NCBI GenBank assembly: GCA_963751835.1
Contig: CAVVWD010000001.1
Span: forward strand, 8,636-72,635
Source: an uncultured Thermoleophilaceae bacterium
GTDB taxonomy: Bacteria; Actinomycetota; Thermoleophilia; Solirubrobacterales; Thermoleophilaceae
Length of the DNA: 64,000 nucleotides
Direction: 5' to 3'
Shown here: in pieces, positions 1 to 9,510 of the stretch
Layout: every line of letters starts with the position of its first letter
Numbering within the stretch: position 1 is the first letter of the stretch
The notes under the pieces: model-generated
What the model was told of the DNA's origin: nothing
Databases searched by the model: none
Seen by the model: only the letters and a program-made list of their open reading frames with translations
Made by a program: the position numbers and the translations under genes

Positions 1-483
1 AGCCTGGACCGCAGGGAACTAGAGACGGCAGTGAACGAGGCCGACCGCCTCGATCTGATCGATCCGGAAAGCCTGCGGGCGGCTCTGGATGTGGCCGACC
101 CGCGTCCCGGCGTGCGGCTCCTCAGAACGCTTCTCGATCGACGGACCTTTGTGCTGACGAGGTCGGAGCTCGAACGCCTTTTCCTGCCGATCGCACGACG
201 GGCAGGCCTGCCGCTTCCCGCGACCGGACAGTGGGTCAACGGCTTCGAGGTCGACTTCTACTGGCCGGAGCTCAAGTTCGTCGTAGAGACTGACGGCCTG
301 CGCTACCACCGCACGCCGTCTCAACAGACGCGCGACAGGCTTCGCGACCAGAGCCATCTGGCGGCCGGGCTGTTACCGCTCCGCTTCACGCACGCGCAGG
401 TTCGCTTTGAGCCCGCCCGCGTGGAGGCCACGCTGGCGCAGGTCGGTAGTCGGCTCCGAGCGCAGCAAGCCAGCACCGGTTGA
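1..483 (+). CDS. DUF559 (Vsr/restriction-endonuclease-like) domain protein, 5' end outside window
   Basis: Frame is open from nt 1 (listed ORF 31..483 is only its GTG-initiated part). C-terminal block GFEVDFYWPELKFVVETDGLRYHRTPSQQTRDRLRDQ is the DUF559 signature. Confidence 0.75.
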   Translation, partial: SLDRRELETAVNEADRLDLIDPESLRAALDVADPRPGVRLLRTLLDRRTFVLTRSELERLFLPIARRAGLPLPATGQWVNGFEVDFYWPELKFVVETDGLRYHRTPSQQTRDRLRDQSHLAAGLLPLRFTHAQVRFEPARVEATLAQVGSRLRAQQASTG

Positions 484-486
484 ACG

Positions 487-512
487 GTTTGGGGGGCCAG
501 CGACCCCCAAAC
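487..512. terminator. GC hairpin between convergent genes (bidirectional terminator candidate)
   Basis: GTTTGGGGG (487-495) pairs with CCCCCAAAC (504-512): 9-bp perfect stem, 8-nt loop. It lies 4 nt after the DUF559 stop and about 20 nt from the DUF4396 stop. Confidence 0.6.
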
Positions 513-530
513 TCTTCAACGGCCGCTCTT

Positions 531-1103
531 CTACAGCAACTCCGCCAGCAGCACCGCGCAGCCGAAGAGTGCCGCCGCCCCGAAGATCACCGCCACGACG
601 GGGATCGGCGGGCCGCCGTGAATGCCCGTCTCATGGACAACGGCGTGCCCCTTGCCCCGCTTCAGCAGCCAGCGGTTTACCGGGAACGCACACAGACCCG
701 CGACCGCGAGCGCGAACGCGAGGCTGCCCCAGAACAGCACGTCGTCGAGTCCGGCCTCCATCGCTCCGGGGATCACAAGGATGATCGCGTTGTCGACGAT
801 CTCCATGACGGCGATCGAGAGCGTGTCGGAAGCGAGCGCGATCGGCACGACCGCCGCAAACGCGAGCCCGGCACGCAGCAGCGGCAGGCTCGTGAGCGAG
901 TAGCCGAACACGAAGGCGAGCCCGATCGCGAGGGCGATCGTCGCGAAGTTGGACCAGCCGAGCGCCGTGCCGATCATGACGCCCACCACCTCTCCGATCG
1001 CGCAGCCGGTGAGGCAGTGCAGGGTGGCGCTCGCGGCCATGGTGTCGAGCGCGCGGCCCGATGTGGGCATGGCGTGGCTGTGGTGGTGCTGGGCGGCTTC
1101 CAT
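531..1103 (-). CDS. DUF4396 family membrane protein with His-rich N-terminus
   Basis: 190-aa ORF. Has N-terminal MEAAQHHHSH, the conserved HCLTGCAIGE motif and several hydrophobic helices. Confidence 0.8.
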   Translation of the reverse strand: MEAAQHHHSHAMPTSGRALDTMAASATLHCLTGCAIGEVVGVMIGTALGWSNFATIALAIGLAFVFGYSLTSLPLLRAGLAFAAVVPIALASDTLSIAVMEIVDNAIILVIPGAMEAGLDDVLFWGSLAFALAVAGLCAFPVNRWLLKRGKGHAVVHETGIHGGPPIPVVAVIFGAAALFGCAVLLAELL

Positions 1104-1118
1104 CGGCGGCAGCCTAGC

Positions 1119-1135
1119 ATACCCCTAGGGGGTAT
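1119..1135. promoter_or_regulatory. CsoR/RcnR-type operator-like palindrome
   Basis: ATACCCC-TAG-GGGGTAT: 7-bp perfect inverted arms (C4/G4 tracts flanked by ATA/TAT), 16 nt upstream of the DUF4396 start, in the 87-nt divergent spacer. Confidence 0.5.
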
Positions 1136-1190
1136 TGGCGCTTGGCGTGCCGGCCGTGAGCGGGCCGGCACGCGGGTACGATCCCGCCGA

Positions 1191-2567
1191 ATGGCCGTGG
1201 TCCCCGCGCTCGATCGCCGGCGCCTCGGGGAGCTCCGCGAACGAGAGTTCGCCATGCTGCGCGAGCGCACGCGCAAGTCGGAAGGCCTGTTCCGGCGGGC
1301 CCGGCGGGTGCTGGCCGGCGGCGTCTCTTCGTCCTACCAGCTGCACGATCCGTGGCCCGTCCACATCACCCGGGGCGAGGGGTCGCATCTCCAAGATGTC
1401 GACGGGAACGAGTACCTGGACTTCCACAACGGCTTCGGCTCCATGGTCCAGGGCCATGCGCACCCGGCGATCCTGGAAGCGGTCGCAACGCGCCACTCCC
1501 ACGGCGCGCACTTCGGCGCCCCCACCGAGGAGGCGATCGCGGTCGCCGAGGAGCTGGAGCGGCGCTTCGGGCTGCCGCGCTGGCGCTTCACCAACTCGGG
1601 CACCGAATCGACGATGGGCGCGATCCGGATCGCCCGCGCGCTGACGGGGCGCGAGGACGTCGTGAAGGTCTTCGGCGCCTATCACGGCCACCACGACACG
1701 GTCATGGTCAGCCTCGGCGTCCCTACGAACAGATCGGGCCGGCCGATGCGCTTCGCCTCGCTGCCCTGGGGCGCCGGGATCCCGGCGGCCACCCTGGAGC
1801 AGGTTCACACCGTTCACTTCAACGACGTCGACGCGCTGGAGCGGCGCGTGGCCGGCCGGCGCCGCAAGCCCGCCTGCCTCATCCTCGAAGCCGTGATGAC
1901 CGGCATCGGGATCGTGCTACCCGAGCCGGGCTATCTGGAGGCGGCCCGCGAGATCACCCGGCGCCAAGGCGTCGTGCTGATCTTCGACGAGGTCAAGACC
2001 GGCCTGACCATCGCGGCGGGGGGAGCGGTGGAGCGCTTCGGCGTCCAACCGGACATGGTCGCGCTCGCCAAGGCGCTCGGCGGCGGGCTCCCGAGCGGCG
2101 CGATCGGGATGAGCGCGGAGGTTGCGCGGGTGGTGGAGGACGGCAGCGTTCGCCACGTCGGCACCTTCAACGGCAACCCGATGGCGATGGCGGCCACGCA
2201 CGCGAGCCTGACCGAGGTCCTCACCCCGCCCGCGTACGAACGCCTCGAGGCGCTGAACCAGCGGCTGACCGCCGGGATCGAGGCGGCGATCGCCGAGCAC
2301 GGGCTGCCGTTCCACACCGCCGCCGTCGGCTCCAAGGGCTGCGTGCGCTTCGGGCCCGAGCCCGTCGTCGACTACGAGTCCTACAAGCGCCGCCACGATC
2401 GTGATCTCTCGGAGCTGGCCTGGCTGTGGGCCATGAACCGCGGCCTGTTTCTCACAGCCGGGCGCGAGCTGGAGTGGAACCTCAGCGTGGCGCACTCCGA
2501 GGATGAGATCGACCGCTACGTGGAGGCGTTCGCCGGCCTGGCGTCGGCGCTGACCCCCACGGACTGA
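1191..2567 (+). CDS. class-III PLP aminotransferase (glutamate-1-semialdehyde aminomutase-like)
   Basis: ATG 1191 lies inside long ORF 480..2567. Motifs GFGSMVQGHAHP, FTNSGTESTMGAIRIARA, IFDEVKTG (PLP Lys) and GTFNGNP. The upstream part of the ORF is antisense to DUF4396 and not protein-like. Confidence 0.85.
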   Translation: MAVVPALDRRRLGELREREFAMLRERTRKSEGLFRRARRVLAGGVSSSYQLHDPWPVHITRGEGSHLQDVDGNEYLDFHNGFGSMVQGHAHPAILEAVATRHSHGAHFGAPTEEAIAVAEELERRFGLPRWRFTNSGTESTMGAIRIARALTGREDVVKVFGAYHGHHDTVMVSLGVPTNRSGRPMRFASLPWGAGIPAATLEQVHTVHFNDVDALERRVAGRRRKPACLILEAVMTGIGIVLPEPGYLEAAREITRRQGVVLIFDEVKTGLTIAAGGAVERFGVQPDMVALAKALGGGLPSGAIGMSAEVARVVEDGSVRHVGTFNGNPMAMAATHASLTEVLTPPAYERLEALNQRLTAGIEAAIAEHGLPFHTAAVGSKGCVRFGPEPVVDYESYKRRHDRDLSELAWLWAMNRGLFLTAGRELEWNLSVAHSEDEIDRYVEAFAGLASALTPTD

Positions 2568-2794
2568 GCCGCACGCGCGCGCAGCCTGTCCAGGCAGACC
2601 CGCGCGAGGAGCGCCGTCAGCTCTTCGCCGAGGTTCCCGACGCCGCTCCCCCGAGACCGGCTGAGCCGTATCCAGGCCTCGTCGAGGGCGTCATCCGCGT
2701 CGCTCTGCGAGCCGAGCACCCAATACGCCATCTTCCTGAGGTGGGCCAGGTTGGCCCCGCTGCGCACCGCTGTCAATTCGAGCTGGTCCATCAC
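2516..2794 (-). pseudogene. ECF sigma factor N-terminal (region 2) fragment
   Basis: AYWVLGSQSDADDALDEAWIRLSRS...LTALLARVCLDRLRARAAQ matches sigma-70 region 2 only. No region 4 is present. The 3' end runs into the aminotransferase gene. Confidence 0.55.
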
Positions 2795-2855
2795 CTACGC
2801 GTCCTGATCGGGTCCCATCACATGTAAGACGAACAAAGACGCGCGAAAGTGACAT

Positions 2856-3250
2856 CTATTCCACAATCGTCCGGCTCTGCTCGCGCATGAACTGCGGCAG
2901 GTACCAAGGCCCGAGCCCGCCCTTGCCGGTCGAGCCGCTCGACTTCCAGCCGCAGAACGACTGCGTCCCCGGCCAGGCGCCGGTGGTGGCGCCGGCGCGC
3001 CGGTTGACGTAGACGACCCCCGCCTGGATCGTGTCGAGAAAGCGCTGCTTCTCGGCCGGCTCGCCGGTGAAGATCCCGGCGGTCAGCCCGTATACCGGGG
3101 CGTTCGCCTCGGCGAGCGCCTCGTCGAGCGACCCCACCCGCGTGACGGTCACGAACGGGAGGAAGAGCTCGTCGCGCTCGAGCGCGTGACCCAGCGGGAG
3201 GCCCGCCACGACCGTGGGCTCGACGAAGCCGATGGCGGTCGCTCCATACG
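2856..3250 (-). pseudogene. aldehyde dehydrogenase (PruA-like) C-terminal fragment
   Basis: GFVEPTVV...ELFLPFVTV...NAPVYGLTAGIFTG...VVYVNRRAGATTGAWPGTQSFCGWKSSGSTGKGG corresponds to about the last 130 aa of an ALDH. The roughly 400 N-terminal residues are absent. The upstream part of ORF 2856..3569 is not protein-like and overlaps the next gene. Confidence 0.7.
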
Positions 3251-3309
3251 ACGGGCAGCGCGAGTCCCACGGGCGCGAGCGTATCCGCACGCGAATAGGG
3301 TCCGGCCTC

Positions 3310-4389
3310 ATGGCAGCCGGATTGCGCGAGCATGGCCTACGGATCGGTGAGCTCGATCCCGGGCCGCGCGGCACGATCGCCGATGTTGAGGGAGTGCGCG
3401 TGGGCCACGTCACGGTCCGGCGCGACGAGCCCGACCCGCCCGAAGGTCGCGGCGTGGCGCGGACCGGCGTGACAGCGATCCTGCCGGGCGCGCCGGAGAC
3501 GCTGTGGGCGGAGCCCGTGCCCGCGGGAGTCGCCGTGCTGAACGGGGCGGGCGAGATGACGAGCGCCATCGGAATCCGGGAGTGGGGACTGATCGAGACC
3601 CCCGTCTACCTGACCTCGACGATGGCGGTCGGGCGGGTCTTCGACGGCGCCGTGGCGGCGGCCGTGGGCGCCGAACCGGCCGTGGGTGTCGAGACCGTCG
3701 TCATCCCGGTCGTGGCCGAGTGCGACGACAGCTGGCTGAACGACGCTCGCATCGTTCAGGTCGAGGCGCCCGATGCCGGCGGGGCGCTGGCGGAGGCGAC
3801 GGCCGACGGGATCGGGCAGGGCGCGGTCGGCGCGGGCACCGGAATGGTCGCTTTCGACTACAAGGGCGGGATCGGCACCGCGAGCCGCGTGTCCGGTGCG
3901 GGCGGCGCGATAGTCGGGGCTCTGGTGCTGGCGAATTTCGGCGACCGGAGCGACCTGCGCGTGGACGGAGTGCCAGTCGGGCGGCTCCTGGGCGGCGAGC
4001 TTGCCGAGCCGCGCGGCCCAGCGGGGAGCTGCATCGTCGTCCTGGCCACGGACGCGCCACTCGGCCCTGCGCAGCTCACCCGCCTGGCTCGCCGGGCCGG
4101 CCTCGGGCTCGCGCGCACGGGGTCGGTCGCGCACCACGGCAGCGGAGAGATCTTCCTGGCGTTCTCGACGACTGCGCGGGTTCCTCAGGGGCAGCCGCGC
4201 CCGCCGGCGCTCCCCGATGGTGACCTGGACCCGCTGTTCAGCGCGACCGTCGACGCCACCGAGGAGGCGGTCCTGAACGCGCTGTGGAACGCCGAGCGCA
4301 CCGAAGGGCGAGACGGCCGTGTGGTCGAGGCCCTACCGCACACGGACGTCCTCGAGCTCCTGCAGGCGCACGGCAGGCTCTCGGGCTGA
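3310..4389 (+). CDS. P1 family peptidase (DmpA/L-aminopeptidase D-esterase-like)
   Basis: ATG 3310 in ORF 3214..4389. Motifs GVRVGHVTV, LNGAGEMT, GAGTGMVAFDYKGGIGTAS and VLATDAPL. Confidence 0.85.
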   Translation: MAAGLREHGLRIGELDPGPRGTIADVEGVRVGHVTVRRDEPDPPEGRGVARTGVTAILPGAPETLWAEPVPAGVAVLNGAGEMTSAIGIREWGLIETPVYLTSTMAVGRVFDGAVAAAVGAEPAVGVETVVIPVVAECDDSWLNDARIVQVEAPDAGGALAEATADGIGQGAVGAGTGMVAFDYKGGIGTASRVSGAGGAIVGALVLANFGDRSDLRVDGVPVGRLLGGELAEPRGPAGSCIVVLATDAPLGPAQLTRLARRAGLGLARTGSVAHHGSGEIFLAFSTTARVPQGQPRPPALPDGDLDPLFSATVDATEEAVLNALWNAERTEGRDGRVVEALPHTDVLELLQAHGRLSG

Positions 4390-4403
4390 CCAGCGTGCCG
4401 GCG

Positions 4404-4829
4404 TCAGTGGCGGTACTGCTCGGGTGACAGCGCCGCGCGCGTCGCCTCCTCGCAGAGCTCGCCCAGCGGGCCAAGCAGCAGGCGGAGCAGCTCGAGCGGC
4501 TCGCGGTCCTCGTCACGGATCCAGTCGGCGTCGAGGCGAGTTTCGACGAAGAGCCCCACGGCGTCCCGCAGGGCGCATATGCGCGCGGGGGAGAGCACAA
4601 TCGTGCGCATGCCCTCGCCGGGCTCGGCGAGCTCGTCTCCGAGCGCGGTCAGCTCCCGAAAATGGAGCACGTCGTCACCGGACATGCTCGTCAGCCGATA
4701 GCGCTCGCTGCTCGCGGCGGCGACCGCATGGGCTGCCGCGGCGACCTCCTCCTGGCGGAGGTCAAAGCACGCGAACACCACGGCCTCTCCCTCAAGGTTC
4801 TGCGAGATGTCGATGCGCGCGTTCTGCAT
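4404..4829 (-). CDS. hypothetical protein (141 aa)
   Basis: C-terminal part of ORF 4404..5216 starting at MQNARIDIS (alternative MGMQ start at 4835). GC3-rich codons. No recognisable domain. Confidence 0.5.
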   Translation of the reverse strand: MQNARIDISQNLEGEAVVFACFDLRQEEVAAAAHAVAAASSERYRLTSMSGDDVLHFRELTALGDELAEPGEGMRTIVLSPARICALRDAVGLFVETRLDADWIRDEDREPLELLRLLLGPLGELCEEATRAALSPEQYRH

Positions 4830-4949
4830 GCCCATGAACCAAGTTATCGACCGCTGCGAGCCCTTACATGATGCCCCTGAAGTACCTGCTGTATTCCCAG
4901 CCAAGCCGTTACATGGAATACCTGGCGCTTCTGAGCGTCTACACGAGAA

Positions 4950-6146
4950 ATGCGCATCCTCTTCACCACCACCCGCGGCACGGGACACTTCGGTCCGCTC
5001 GTGCCGTTCGCCCGTGCGTGTGTTCGGGCGGGCCACGAGGTGCTCGTCGCAGCCGCCCCGCCGGTGGCGTCGCTGGCGGACGGGGCAGAGCTCCCGTTCC
5101 GGGCGCTGCCGGAGCCGCCCGAGGACGAGCTCGCGGCTGCGTGGGAGCAGGTGTTCTTGCTGCCGCCCGAACAGCGGGACGATTACGTCATCCGCGAGAT
5201 CTTCGCGGCCTGCCACGCGCGCGCGGCGCTGCCCGGCACGCTCGCGACCATCGAGGAGTGGGGCCCGGACGTCGTCGTTCGCGAGAGCTGTGAATTCTCA
5301 GCCGCGGTCGCGGCGGAGCGCATGGGAGTCCCACATGCCGCGATCGGCGTGTTCCTCTGGGCACGCAACGACGATTGGGCCGCGGAGGTGGCGGCACCGG
5401 TCCTCGACGAGCTGCGGGCCGGGGTCGGCCTCGGGCCCGACCCCGAGGCTTCGACTCTTCGGCGCGCGCCGCTGCTGACACAGGCGCCGCGCTCGCTCGA
5501 CGATCCGACATCACCGACCGCGGCCGGGGCCCTGCGCTTCCGCGAGCCGCGCAACGGCGAGGTCGGCCCGCTTCCGGACTGGTGGGACGGGTCCGAGGCC
5601 CCTCTCGTGTACCTCTCGTTCGGCACCGAGGCGCCCACGCTGGACTTCTTCCCCGGCGTCTACCTCGAAGCGATCGACGCCCTTGCCGAGTTGCCCGCCC
5701 GCATCCTCGTGACGATCGGCAACTCGCGCGACCCCGCCGAGCTGGGCCCCTTGCCGCCGTCGGTGCACGTGGAGCAGTGGGTACCGCAGGCCGCTGTGAT
5801 GCCGCACGCGGCCGCGATGGTGGGCCACGGTGGCTCCGGCTCGACGCTGACGGCGCTCAACTGGGCCGTGCCCATGGCGCTCGTGCCGCTGTTCGCCGAC
5901 CAGGACACCAACGCGCGGCTTGTGGCCGAGGCCGGCGCGGGCGTCGCGCTGGACGGCGGGCCCGAGGCGCTGTCAGGCCTGACCAATGCGGTGAGTGGGC
6001 TCCTGGACAATCCGTCCTACCGGGCGGGGGCCGCCCGCGTTCGGGATGAGATCGCCGCGCTGGCGCCCGTCGACGATGCCGTCGCCGTGCTGGCGGGGCT
6101 TGCGGGAGAGCAGCCGAGAGCCGCTCTCGGCACCGCCCCTACCTGA
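4950..6146 (+). CDS. GT1 family (MGT/UDP-glycosyltransferase-like) glycosyltransferase
   Basis: 398 aa. GT-B C-terminal donor-binding signature VGHGGSGSTLTALNWAVPMALVPLFADQ. Confidence 0.85.
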   Translation: MRILFTTTRGTGHFGPLVPFARACVRAGHEVLVAAAPPVASLADGAELPFRALPEPPEDELAAAWEQVFLLPPEQRDDYVIREIFAACHARAALPGTLATIEEWGPDVVVRESCEFSAAVAAERMGVPHAAIGVFLWARNDDWAAEVAAPVLDELRAGVGLGPDPEASTLRRAPLLTQAPRSLDDPTSPTAAGALRFREPRNGEVGPLPDWWDGSEAPLVYLSFGTEAPTLDFFPGVYLEAIDALAELPARILVTIGNSRDPAELGPLPPSVHVEQWVPQAAVMPHAAAMVGHGGSGSTLTALNWAVPMALVPLFADQDTNARLVAEAGAGVALDGGPEALSGLTNAVSGLLDNPSYRAGAARVRDEIAALAPVDDAVAVLAGLAGEQPRAALGTAPT

Positions 6147-6178
6147 TCACCCCTCGCCGCTCTTATGATGCGGCCCAC

Positions 6179-6974
6179 GTGAGGCCGCCTGTGTGCCCAC
6201 AGCGAGACATCACGCGACGACTGCTGGTCGCCCTCGTGGCCTCCGGTGCCGCCGTGCTCGTCTTGGCCGCTCCAAGCGCCGCCAGCACCGAGTGCCGCGC
6301 GGGACATGGCTCGGTGGACGTCGTGGGCAAGCCCGGACCCGTCGTGGCGTGGCGTGCGGCGCTGTCCAGCCGCGTCCCGACCCACGCTCGAGTTCCCGGT
6401 AAGAAGAAGACGCGGCGGGCGAGAACCGCCCGCAGGGTCGGTCCCGGTGATGCTCCCTGGCTTCTCGTTCTGCGCGCCAAGAACGACCGCAAGGGCCGCT
6501 GTTGGGTCCGCGTGCGGCTGCCCTGGCGCCCGAATGAAGCCGGGGCGTGGGTGCGCGCCCAGCACGTGAACCTGCGACCGACCCGCTGGCGGATCCGCGT
6601 CAACCTCGCCGAGCGAAGGCTCGTCCTGCGCCGCGGCAAGCGGGCCGGTGCTTCGCACGAGCGTCGTGATCGGGGCGCCGATCACTCCCACCCCGCAGGG
6701 GCTCTTCTCAATCGTCGGAGTGTGGCGCTGGAACCCCGCCGACTTCCTCGGCTCCTACATCCTGCCGCTCACCGCGCACAGCCCCGTGCTCCAGGAGTTC
6801 GGAGGCGGCGACGGCCGCGTAGGAATCCACGGACGCGGGGGCGCCAGCCTCCTCGCGCCGCTCGGGTCGCTCGCAAGCCACGGCTGCATCCGCCTTCCGA
6901 ACGGGGCAATCGAGTCGATCGTGCGCCGCGTGGGCCCAGGCGGCCTGCCGGGCATTCCCGTGCGGGTCCGCTGA
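6179..6974 (+). pseudogene. L,D-transpeptidase (YkuD domain), frame-disrupted near 6641-6647
   Basis: Signal peptide and N-domain are in frame of ORF 6179..7021. The catalytic domain (VVIGAPITPTPQGLFSI...SHGCIRLPN) is in frame of ORF 6648..6974. Span is 796 nt (3n+1). Confidence 0.75.
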
Positions 6975-7025
6975 GCTCGGCCGCGTTCCCGGGGCCGGGC
7001 GGTCACGGCTTGACGGACTAGGCGC

Positions 7026-9422
7026 CTACCCCGTGACAGGCGGGGCCTGGCGCTGGCGGAGGAGCCGCGTGTCGGCCCGATCGCCCACCAGCTGGGCGTT
7101 GACCGCGGTCGCCAGAACCAGATTGCGCTTCAGCCCCGGGGTCCCGGCCTTGATCAGGACGCTTCCGCGGACGGTGCGTCTCGCTCCCGGGGCAAGCGTC
7201 CCGAGCTTCCAGATGGCGCCCCGGTTGACGACGCGGGCTCGGGTGCTGCTCCTGAGCGCGGTGAGGTTGGCGGCTCCCGGCGGGAGGTCGACCATTCGCA
7301 CGTTCCTCGCTGCGACTGACCCGACGTTCCTTACGGACAGCCTGAAGCTGATTCGCCGGCCGACGCGCGCAACCCTCGGCATCGTCTTCACGACGCGGAG
7401 CTGAGTGGACGGCGGAGGAGTGGGCGCGGGCGGCGGGACCGGCGGTTCGGGCGGCACCACCGGTTCGGGCGGCGGGACCGCTGGTACGGGCGGGACGGCA
7501 CCGGCGGTTCCGGCGGTTCGGGCTCATCGCCCCGGACGTTCTGGAACGTGCAGCTCACCAGCTCGCTGGGTCCGACGGTGATCGAGACCCCGGGGCCGGG
7601 TACGGGGGATGCTTGGTTGCTGCACCTGATCCCCGCGAGGGTCCACGTCACTGCCGGCGCCAAGCGGAGGCGGGAATCTTGCAGGGTCTCGCTCACGAGG
7701 TAGGTGCCGGGTGGGACGGTGAAGTCTCTGTATGTGGGCGGCTCCGGCTTGTCGTTGTCCGAGAGCTGGAACGGGCCAATGGGGGAGGCGCCGGTGAAGT
7801 TGAACACATGGTCGTCGTTCGGCACCGCGTCCTTGATGATCCTGATCGTGCCGTTCTCGGGGGGAGCGCGCCTGTTTCGCACGGTGCACTTGGCGAACTC
7901 GTTCGGGCCGAGGTTCCCGGTAACCGCCTTCGGAGTTGTGAACGTCCGGACTATCTTTGTGGTCCTGCCGGGTGCGCTCTTCTCGCACGTGTAGTCCACG
8001 AAGATGTAGCCGGGCTTCACCTGCTCGATCATCGTGACGGTGCTCGTCGCGGTTGGGTCGGTGGGCTTCCACTGGAACGTGGCCACGCCCTGGCTGTTCG
8101 GCGCGCCGTCGCTCTTCGTCTGCGGACACCTGGCCGGTGTCGGGCGGCGGTTCTGGCTGGACCCACTTGTATCCGCCGGGCACCGTGACGTCCGCCGTGA
8201 ACGTCCAGCCGTCAGCGGGCTGGTAGTTATCGATGCCGTCGCTGGGCGTCTCATCCACCAGCTTCGTGACGGTGACCGAGGCCTTGCAGAGAGCGATGGC
8301 GATCTGGCGGAGCGCGGCCGCCAGATCGTCGAAGTTCTCGACGAGGGTGTAGTCGGCCTCCTCGAAGCTCACCCCGGATGAGGGCCACTTGTCGAATCCG
8401 GAGATCGCCGTCAGCCGCCGCGCGCTGTTCCCGTCAGTCACTGCCGCGCCCACGCCCATGGCAAGGACGTGCGACTTCTGCCCCTTGACGAAGTCGGCCT
8501 GCGCGGCAGCGCGACGCAGCGCCTCGACGTCGCCCTCGACGAGTCCGTCGTCAACACCGCCACCGTCGGTGTTCATTGCCGTCGGGTCGCCGTCGGTCAT
8601 GAACACCACGAGATCGGCCTTCGTCTTCTTGCCATCGGGAGCGGGCGGAGGGGGCACGACCGTATCGTTCGCGACCTTTACCTCTTCGAAGGCGTCCTCC
8701 CAGTTGGTCCAGCCGCTCGAGACGTAGCCGGTCTTGAGATAGGGCTCGAAGGTGCTGCCGATGGTGCCCGTTCCGTTCTGGCCGTTTGGGTCCACCCGCC
8801 CTGTCACCGGCGTGTACGCGACTGGCCGCGCCGCCCGCGTGCTGAAGTCGACGATCGAAACCTTGGAGCCGGTTCCCGAGAGCGCGTTGAGGAACGCGCG
8901 CGACGCACGGCGGACGTTCTCGGCATTCGAGCCGATCGAGCCCGACTCGTCGAGAACCAGAATGACATTGATCCCGCATTTCGGCGGGAGGTTGGGGTTC
9001 GCACCGGGTTCCGTGACGTTAAGAGCGTCCGTCAGCACCTTCTCGGAGCTCTCGGTGCCCTTGCAGCCTTCCTCCGAGTAGACGGTGACCCCGACGTCGT
9101 AGTCGTCCGGGACTCCGGGGGCGGTTATGTTGTGGGTGTAATTGTCGTCCTCATCGTCGTTGCTGTCGCGGTTGTCGCAATCGGTCTGGTTGCCGACCCG
9201 AAGGTCAGTGCTCTCCCAGTTGCTGCTGCCGCTGACTTCGACCTTGGCCGGCAGCACTCCGCCTGGTGGGCTCGAGGAGCTTGTCACCCCGTCTACCACC
9301 CCGTCGATGGTGACCTTATCCACCTTCAGGTCGGCAGACGCCGCGCCCGGCCACGCCGCGAGCACAGCGACGAGGGTGGCGAGACCAAACATCACCCGGA
9401 CGTGGCGGGCGAGGGGGCGCAT
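7026..9422 (-). pseudogene. secreted VWA(MIDAS) / prealbumin-like-fold / DUF11-like surface protein with two compensating frame shifts
   Basis: Signal peptide MRPLARHVRVMFGLATLVAVLAAWPGAASA. VWA domain (VLVLDESGSIGS...FMTDGDP). Frame changes near 8125 into ORF 7388..8254 (GTYLVSE and CTFQN-type domains), then back near 7495 inside a Pro-rich linker into ORF 7026..7460 (SVRNVGSVAARNVRMVD, DUF11/CARDB-like). Confidence 0.75.
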
Positions 9423-9510
9423 TTGGGGCAACCTACATCAAACTAGGGGCGTTGTCACTTCGTTGGGCGCAGGCGCCCACGAACGCCCGACACCCGCCGG
9501 CTACTAAGCG

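Noticed and set aside
480-1190. N-terminal 237 codons of the 695-aa ORF 480..2567
   Set aside because: The composition is Arg/Asp/Glu/His-rich and not protein-like. The stretch lies exactly antisense to the well-supported DUF4396 gene. Aminotransferase homology starts only at ATG 1191.
7026-7060. C-terminal …APPVTG as an LPXTG-type sortase signal on the VWA surface protein
   Set aside because: The motif sits at the very end, with no following hydrophobic helix or basic tail. No sortase gene is nearby.
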